From PVC group bacterium (GTDB lineage: Bacteria > GCA-001730085 > JADFSZ01): DNA of 5,114 nucleotides. Position numbers and translations under genes: made by a program. The notes below the pieces were generated by a model, which had not been told where the DNA came from, made no database searches, and was given only the letters and a program-made list of their open reading frames with translations. Positions 1 to 4,725 of this stretch are shown here, one piece after another. The stretch is from NCBI GenBank assembly GCA_022560555.1, contig JADFSZ010000129.1, positions 1 through 5,114 on the forward strand. The letters are read 5' to 3'. Every line of letters begins with the position of its first letter. Within the stretch, counting starts at the first letter, position 1.

Positions 1-2
1 AA

Positions 3-572
3 GTTGGGCGTGCTCAAAGTATATCCTTTCGTCTTACAGCCGTTAATCCCTCCAGCAGCAAGACTCAAACGACGGAAATTAAAGGCTACCTCCCGAAAGA
101 AGTGCAACCCGGAGATATTATCGATGATGCCGGCCTGGAAGTTTTTTATGATGAGCAAAAGGGTTTGTACTATGTTTATCGCGGCTCTATACAATTAGCT
201 CCGAAAGAAATCAGATTGTTTGAGATTCAAGTCAATGATATCTGGGTGATTCCTGAGACAGAGTTAACCTCATACAATGAAACGACCGAATCCCTTTTAG
301 AACTTCTCATTGGCACAGATTATTATGCTAAAGCCGATACAATTGCCTACGGTATTTTTGATCGGATAGGGCAGATACGTACCTCTCAAGAGGATGACAC
401 CCAAACGAAAGAAGAACATATCGGCTCATTTCGGGCGAATCAGGTCATTCTGGACAAGATCAAAGAGGATATTGCCCGTCTGGAAAAGATTGTTGTTGTG
501 CCGGCGGTCCTTTGGCTCCGGACATGCTCGCGGATGCGGACATCAAATCAGACTCGCCGACAAAGACGATGA
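3..572 (+). CDS. Hypothetical protein, 5'-truncated at the window edge (beta-rich N-part, charged helical C-part); co-oriented with the ATPase genes and abutting them
   Basis: Frame 3 is open from base 3 with no stop until TGA 570-572. The track's start at 102 (GTG) is only the first in-window start codon. Translation reads VGRAQSISFRLTAVNPSSSKTQTTEIKGYLPKEVQPGDIIDDAGLEVFYDEQKGLYYVYRGSIQLAPKEIRLFEIQVNDIWVIPETE..., followed by a helical-looking stretch ...FRANQVILDKIKEDIARLEKIVV. I recognise no family by eye. The 3' end is uncertain: the last ~25 codons (PAVLWLRTCSRMRTSNQTRRQRR) look less protein-like than the overlapping frame 2. Confidence 0.6.
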   Translation, partial: VGRAQSISFRLTAVNPSSSKTQTTEIKGYLPKEVQPGDIIDDAGLEVFYDEQKGLYYVYRGSIQLAPKEIRLFEIQVNDIWVIPETELTSYNETTESLLELLIGTDYYAKADTIAYGIFDRIGQIRTSQEDDTQTKEEHIGSFRANQVILDKIKEDIARLEKIVVVPAVLWLRTCSRMRTSNQTRRQRR

Positions 573-736
573 CATGGATCGTGATTTTTTCCATTATTGT
601 ATTCACGGCCATTATTGCCGGGGTGCTTTTCTTTACCTGGCAGCACCAAGCCCGCCTTTCTCATGAAGCATTAAGTGAATCACGTAACGAAGCATTTCCT
701 GAAGACGATGATGACTCCAAAAAGGAGGAATCTTAG
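569..736 (+). CDS. Small single-pass membrane protein with an acidic C-terminal tail (55 aa); alternatively the frameshifted C-terminal TM anchor of the upstream protein
   Basis: ATG 569-571 overlaps the upstream stop TGA 570-572 (ATGA coupling motif). Translation is MTWIVIFSIIVFTAIIAGVLFFTWQHQARLSHEALSESRNEAFPEDDDDSKKEES, with one clear hydrophobic helix followed by an acidic tail. There is no convincing SD before 569. Frame 2 is already open from 398 and reads plausibly from ~500 (GGPLAPDMLADADIKSDSPTKT), so TTG 512 or ATG 524 starts, or a frameshift fusion, remain possible. Confidence 0.4.
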   Translation: MTWIVIFSIIVFTAIIAGVLFFTWQHQARLSHEALSESRNEAFPEDDDDSKKEES

Positions 737-749
737 AGCTTGGGCACTT

Positions 750-986
750 ATGATTAAACTCGACGTATCTATCCTGAATCCCGAAAAAGTGGTTTTTAGA
801 GGTGAAGCCAAAAGCGTGATCTGTCCCGGGGAAAATGGTGTGATGGAAATACTGCCTCATCACAAACGCCTCATAGGACGGCTCCTTCGAGGGTGGCTCA
901 TTGTTGACAGTTCGAAAATTAAAATTCGAAAAGGTCTTATCAAAGTGGCTCTCAATAAAGTTGTTATCATTATAGAGGAATATTAG
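750..986 (+). CDS. atpC: F1 epsilon subunit, minimal form (78 aa, beta-sandwich only)
   Basis: MIKLDVSILNPEKVVFRGEAKSVICPGENGVMEILPHHKRLIGRLLRGWLIVDSSKIKIRKGLIKVALNKVVIIIEEY aligns by eye along its full length with the N-terminal domain of E. coli and Bacillus PS3 epsilon (LDVVSAEQQMFSG...GELGIYPGHAPLL...PG / GELGILPGHIPLV). I prefer ATG 750 to the track's GTG 675 because epsilon homology begins at M-x-x-L-x-V. AGGAGG 723-728 lies 21 nt upstream, which is long, and only a weak GGG sits 5 nt upstream. Stop TAG 984-986 lies 1 nt before the next ATG. Confidence 0.8.
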   Translation: MIKLDVSILNPEKVVFRGEAKSVICPGENGVMEILPHHKRLIGRLLRGWLIVDSSKIKIRKGLIKVALNKVVIIIEEY

Positions 987-987
987 G

Positions 988-1227
988 ATGTCGAGAAATA
1001 TAGCGTTAACGCTGATTTTCGGAGCTTGTATCATGGGGCCGTGCATGGTGTTTGCCGCGAGTTCTTTCGCGAGCATTATCGCTTTGGGGCGGAATCCGTC
1101 AGCCGCTCCCAAGGTATTCACGGCACTTGTTTTGGGTTTGGTGTTTGCGCAGACCCTAGCCATTGTCGCGATCTTAGTCGTGTTTCAATTGTATTTGCCG
1201 ACGGAAGCAATTTTGTCGCACACATAA
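988..1227 (+). CDS. atpE: Fo subunit c-like protein, paralog 1 (79 aa), with Gln at the ion-binding carboxylate position
   Basis: Two-helix hairpin with the c-family polar loop GRNPS (compare ARQP in bacteria, ARNPS in mitochondria). Phe at +7 and Gly at +13 after the loop Pro are kept, but position +18 is Gln55 (CAG 1150-1152). SD GAGGA 975-979 lies 8 nt before ATG 988. Helix 1 lacks the GxGxGxG motif and has MGPC instead. Confidence 0.75.
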   Translation: MSRNIALTLIFGACIMGPCMVFAASSFASIIALGRNPSAAPKVFTALVLGLVFAQTLAIVAILVVFQLYLPTEAILSHT

Positions 1228-1261
1228 TTTGCTTGTTCCCGTGGCCGATAAGAGGGAGTTT

Positions 1262-1498
1262 ATGAATCGGAATATGGAGCTTACGCTTATTTTTTTATTT
1301 GTTGTTATGGGGCCGTGTTGTGTCTATGCCGTAAGTTGTTTTACGAGCATTTTGTCCTTAGGACGAAATCCGGACAGGGCTCCAAAAATTTTTATGGCTT
1401 TAGTCATCGGATTAACAGTTGTGCAGATAATAGCTATGGCGGGCGTGCTGATTGCGTATCAGACCTATTTACCGAACGAAACGGCTCTAACTCAATAA
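1262..1498 (+). CDS. atpE: Fo subunit c-like protein, paralog 2 (78 aa), with Gln at the ion-binding carboxylate position
   Basis: MNRNMELTLIFLFVVMGPCCVYAVSCFTSILSLGRNPDRAPKIFMALVIGLTVVQIIAMAGVLIAYQTYLPNETALTQ is collinear without gaps with paralog 1, with about half the residues identical by hand count (41/78). It has the same GRNP loop and the same Gln55 (CAG 1424-1426). I prefer ATG 1262 to the track's TTG 1229 because it matches paralog 1's MSRN/MNRN start and follows SD GAGGGAG 1252-1258. Confidence 0.75.
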   Translation: MNRNMELTLIFLFVVMGPCCVYAVSCFTSILSLGRNPDRAPKIFMALVIGLTVVQIIAMAGVLIAYQTYLPNETALTQ

Positions 1499-1508
1499 TG
1501 GGGTCTCT

Positions 1509-2231
1509 ATGTTAATTGTATCGATGGTTCTTTTTCAAATCTTAATGGTTGTCGGGCTTATAGTGATTTTTCGAAAGATTTTAAATCAAAATGTGTCTTC
1601 GGCTACGCGGCATTTGGAAAGCATGAACGAAGAATATGTTAAAAAAGAGAAGGAGCTGAATTGCCGGCTTGAAGAAATCGATGACGCGTCGAATGAAAAG
1701 ATTCAAAAAGCCACCGAAGAGGGTGAGGAGGAGAGGAAAAAAATATTAGATGAAGCCGAAGGCCAAAAGCAGCACATCATCAATGATGCCCGCAATCAGG
1801 CAAAAATGATTGTGGATCAAGCCGAGAAAACACGCGATCTATTAATTTTAGAAATAGATGATCGTATCACCCAGGAAGGGCTGGGTAAAGCGTGTGAGCT
1901 GATTCAGCATTGTCTTCCCGAAGAATTCAAGAGAGAAATTCATACCCGGTGGGTTAAAGAATTATTGGAAAACGGATTCGAAAACGCGGATCATATGCAG
2001 GTAGATAAAAGTGTGGAAGAAGCCAAGATACGTACAGCATTCACATTAAGTGAAACTGATATGGAAAATATACAAAAGCGAATTTCAGAGTATCTTAAAC
2101 ATGATGTCCGTATCACACAAGAGACGGATTCTAAGCTTGTCGCGGGGATTGTTGTGACGATAGGAAGTTTGGTTTTTGACGGAAGTTTAAATAATCGGGT
2201 TCAGGAGCAAGTGAGTGCACAGTCAAAATAA
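1509..2231 (+). CDS. atpH: Peripheral-stalk fusion protein: b-like N-terminal TM helix and charged coiled coil fused to a delta/OSCP-like C-terminal domain (240 aa)
   Basis: The N-terminus MLIVSMVLFQILMVVGLIVIFRKIL is a single TM helix. It is followed by a long Glu/Lys-rich helix (EEYVKKEKELNCRLEEIDDASNEKIQKATEEGEEERKKILDEAEGQKQHIINDARNQAKMIVDQAEK), as in subunit b. The C-terminus AKIRTAFTLSETDMENIQKRISEYLKHDVRITQETDSKLVAGIVVTIGSLVFDGSLNNRVQEQ matches E. coli delta's C-terminus (...[55 protein letters not shown]). GGGG 1500-1503 lies 5 nt before ATG 1509. Confidence 0.75.
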   Translation: MLIVSMVLFQILMVVGLIVIFRKILNQNVSSATRHLESMNEEYVKKEKELNCRLEEIDDASNEKIQKATEEGEEERKKILDEAEGQKQHIINDARNQAKMIVDQAEKTRDLLILEIDDRITQEGLGKACELIQHCLPEEFKREIHTRWVKELLENGFENADHMQVDKSVEEAKIRTAFTLSETDMENIQKRISEYLKHDVRITQETDSKLVAGIVVTIGSLVFDGSLNNRVQEQVSAQSK

Positions 2232-2242
2232 AGGGGAATACC

Positions 2243-3724
2243 GTGCATGAAGAAAAAGTAATCAACCGTAAATCTCAGGCTCAATTTGATGTCCGCGAGG
2301 TCGGGTACGTCGAATCTATCCGTCAATTTGTCGTCATTGCTAAGGGCTTGCCATTTTGTATGAACGGACAAATTGTTGAATTTGCAAATAAGGTTTTGGG
2401 TCTTGTGATTGGTTTTACTGAACATGAAATCCAGATTCTCGTATTGGGAAGTGCCGCGGATATTCGCGCGGGGGATGAAATTTACAATAAAGGCAAAACC
2501 TTGACTCTCCCGGTCGGCGATGGGTTCGTCGGACGAATTGTGAACGGATTGTGTCAGCCTCAAGACGGATTGGGTCCCATTGAGGCGGATGATCATTTTC
2601 CTGTCTTTCGTGTAGCTCTCGGAGTGATGGAGAGACAGCCCGTGGTCAAAACGTTTGAAACGGGAACTCTGATTCTTGATGCGATCATTCCAACAGCAAA
2701 AGGACAGCGTCAGCTTCTCATTGGGGACCGCTTGACCGGGAAAACGACTGTGGCGATGGATGCCATCCTCAATCAAAAAGGAAAAGATGTTATTTGCATC
2801 TACTGCTGTATCGGTAAACCCTACTCGAGTCTTGTCAAAATCGTAGATTTACTGCAGGAACATGATGCCTTAAAACACACCATCATTGTAACGGGAGTCG
2901 CGTCGTTGTCAACGGGGGAGCAGTATTTGGCTCCTTATACCGCGTGCATGTTGGGGGAGTACTTTATGTTTCAAGGAAAAGATGTGTTTGTCGTTTTTGA
3001 TGATTTGACAAAACACGCGTGGATTTATCGCCAGATTTCCCTTCTTTTAGAGCGTTCGCCCGGACGCGAGGCTTATCCGGGAGATATCTTTTATCTGCAT
3101 TCGCAATTGATGGAAAGAGCCGGGTATTTGAATGAAGAACGGGGTGGGGGATCCATGACTTTTTTCCCCGTTGTGGAAATCTTGCAGGGTGATCTTACGG
3201 GATATATTTCTACCAATATTATCTCCATGACAGACGGGCAATTGTATTTTTCAACGGATCTGATTAAAAAAGGTTTTTTGCCGGCGATTGATTTTGGTCT
3301 GTCGGTGTCCCGTATCGGAAACAAAGCGCAGTGGAGTGCTATGAGAGATGTCAGTAAAATGCTCCGGCTTGAATACATTCAATACAAAGAACTTCTCAAG
3401 ATGACACAGATGCAAGGAGCCTCTGTCACCGAAGACGCCCAAAACAAACTGAGGCGCGGAGAGGCCATCAATGTTCTCATCAACCAATATCGAAACGAGC
3501 CTGTTTCCATAGAAGCCCAGATCGTTTATCTCTACGCGTTGGATAAGGGGTTTCTCGACAGTCTCTCTAAAGAGCAGGTAGGGGTGTTTAAAAAAGATGT
3601 TTGTTCCTTTCTTGAAAAAAAATATCCGAATATTTTTCAAGAGCTTCGGGAAAATCAGGATTTGAATGACGAAATGAAGAAAAAGCTTGAAGCCGGTTTC
3701 AAAGATTATGCGAGTAAAATCTAA
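2243..3724 (+). CDS. atpA: F1 alpha subunit (493 aa)
   Basis: Walker A is GDRLTGKT (canonical GDRQTGKT). [22 protein letters not shown] matches [58 protein letters not shown] matches [36 protein letters not shown], with the Arg-finger Arg retained. GTG start at 2243 follows AAGGGG 2231-2236. Stop TAA 3722-3724. Confidence 0.97.
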   Translation: [493 protein letters not shown]

Positions 3725-3776
3725 GATAGAAGGGATAGGATACGCTACATTGTTTATTAAATTCAGGGAATCAACA

Positions 3777-3846
3777 CCAGATTTTCAGGTCTGCCAATTG
3801 GGGATAACGCCGGATTTGCCATAACCTACGGTTCTGCAAAATCTGG
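3777..3846 (+). promoter_or_regulatory. Long-range inverted repeat (possible RNA stem) inside the alpha-gamma spacer
   Basis: CCAGATTTT (3777-3785) is perfectly complementary to AAAATCTGG (3838-3846). The stem extends by CAG 3786-3788 / CTG 3834-3836 across a 1-nt bulge (C3837) and encloses ~45 nt that contain the palindrome CCAATTGG (3794-3801). Function unknown. Confidence 0.3.
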
Positions 3847-3850
3847 CACG

Positions 3851-3866
3851 GGCTACTTGGGTAGCC
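3851..3866 (+). promoter_or_regulatory. Perfect 6-bp hairpin abutting the gamma Shine-Dalgarno
   Basis: GGCTAC-TTGG-GTAGCC (3851-3866). It is followed by GATT, then GGGGG 3871-3875 (SD), then GTG 3880. No U-tract follows, so it is not an intrinsic terminator. It could be an mRNA processing, stability or translation-control element. Confidence 0.3.
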
Positions 3867-3879
3867 GATTGGGGGTAAA

Positions 3880-4725
3880 GTGAAAACCCTTTCGCAAATC
3901 AAAAAAGATATGGAGTTTAATAAGGATCTGACTGTGTTAATCGAGGCCCTAAAATCTATTGCCATCGGGGAATATTATGCCCTCGAAAAAAAAATAAAAT
4001 TTTATAAAAAATATTTGGCAAGTGTTGAGAGTTTTTTTGAATATATTGATGTGGAGACGATCAATCATCCGTTTGTGAAGCCGCGAACACATAAGCAGGC
4101 TGTGATTGCCATTACGTCGGACGCGGGTTTTTTGGGGGGTGTGAACATGCGCGTGGTTCATGCCGCGCTCCATGAAGCCGAAAATATGCCGACAACACTC
4201 CTTGTCGTCGGAGAGCGTGGAAAAATGTATGTTCCAAGCGGGCTTCATTCTCTTGTGAGTTTCCCCGGGATAAGCGAGGAATCCCGTTTTGAACAGTCAA
4301 TACAAATGAGAAATTATCTTGTCAAGCAAGTCCTTTCAGGCGCTTATGATACCGTCAAGCTTGTGTATCCAAAGCCCGTATCCATGATGGTCCAGCATGT
4401 TGAGGTTGTTCAATTTCTGCCTTTTCGTCCGTCCAATACGAAGCTGGCTCCTCCGGCGGTCATAGCGAATACTATTATGGAATCCCGTCTGGAAGACACT
4501 GTTGAGTATCTTGTGACTTTATGGATGGGAGAGATGCTCTTTGAAATATTTGGATTAAGCCGCTTAGCCGAGTTTTCAGCACGTTATTTTCACCTGGAAG
4601 AGAGTAATGAAAAATTGAATGATGAAAACAAAAAGATTCAGTTACAGTATTTTCGTATCCGTCATGAGCTTATTGACAGATCCATGCGCGAACTATTCGC
4701 GGGAAGGGCTACACGTGGACGTTAG
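3880..4725 (+). CDS. atpG: F1 gamma subunit, divergent (281 aa)
   Basis: The length and position between alpha and beta fit gamma. ITSDAGFLGGVNMRVVH matches canonical VSTDRGLCGGLNINLFK. The C-terminal helix LQYFRIRHELIDRSMRELFAG matches [22 protein letters not shown]. The N-terminal helix SQIKKDMEFNKDLTVLIEALKSIAIGEY resembles [27 protein letters not shown] only loosely. GTG 3880 follows GGGGG 3871-3875. Stop TAG 4723-4725. Confidence 0.85.
   Translation: MKTLSQIKKDMEFNKDLTVLIEALKSIAIGEYYALEKKIKFYKKYLASVESFFEYIDVETINHPFVKPRTHKQAVIAITSDAGFLGGVNMRVVHAALHEAENMPTTLLVVGERGKMYVPSGLHSLVSFPGISEESRFEQSIQMRNYLVKQVLSGAYDTVKLVYPKPVSMMVQHVEVVQFLPFRPSNTKLAPPAVIANTIMESRLEDTVEYLVTLWMGEMLFEIFGLSRLAEFSARYFHLEESNEKLNDENKKIQLQYFRIRHELIDRSMRELFAGRATRGR

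Noticed and set aside
4-666. + strand alternative-frame ORFs 4-198 and 394-666
   Set aside because: They overlap the frame-3 upstream protein, which is open to the window edge, and they give low-complexity basic translations. They are less protein-like than frame 3 or frame 2.
675-749. Extended N-terminus for epsilon (track start 675; also ATG 708/711)
   Set aside because: The extension (…MMTPKRRNLRAWAL) would overlap the preceding ORF and lies before the point where epsilon homology begins. ATG 750 gives the canonical M-x-x-L-x-V start.
633-1163. 176-aa minus-strand ORF
   Set aside because: It lies antisense to the well-supported epsilon and c-like genes, and its translation is compositionally odd with no recognisable motif. 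It is a typical shadow ORF.
1229-1261. TTG 1229 as the start of c-like paralog 2
   Set aside because: ATG 1262 follows a GAGGGAG SD and aligns residue for residue with paralog 1 (MSRN vs MNRN). The TTG extension adds a non-homologous 11 aa.
1026-1515. + strand alternative-frame ORFs 1026-1265 and 1315-1515
   Set aside because: They are out-of-frame overlaps of the two c-like genes. The c-like frames carry the GRNP loop and a two-helix hairpin, and these ORFs do not.
2201-2776. 191-aa minus-strand ORF
   Set aside because: It lies antisense to the N-terminal third of alpha, whose identity is unambiguous. The same reasoning applies to minus-strand ORFs 3047-3241, 3091-3378 and 3251-3640.
3817-3842. 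Possible internal sigma70 promoter in the alpha-gamma spacer (TTGCCA ... CAAAAT)
   Set aside because: The spacing is only ~14 nt and the -10 is weak. I cannot support a promoter call from the sequence alone.
3851-3879. Intrinsic terminator after alpha
   Set aside because: The hairpin is short (6 bp) and is followed by GATTGGGGG rather than a U-tract. Gamma and beta must still be expressed downstream.
3949-4300. Minus-strand ORFs 3949-4248 and 4112-4300
   Set aside because: They lie antisense to gamma and have no supporting motifs.
4664-4714. ATG 4664 or TTG 4673 as the beta start
   Set aside because: Either would add 14-17 non-conserved residues lying entirely inside the gamma coding region, with no SD. 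GTG 4715 has a good SD and gives a canonical-length N-terminus.
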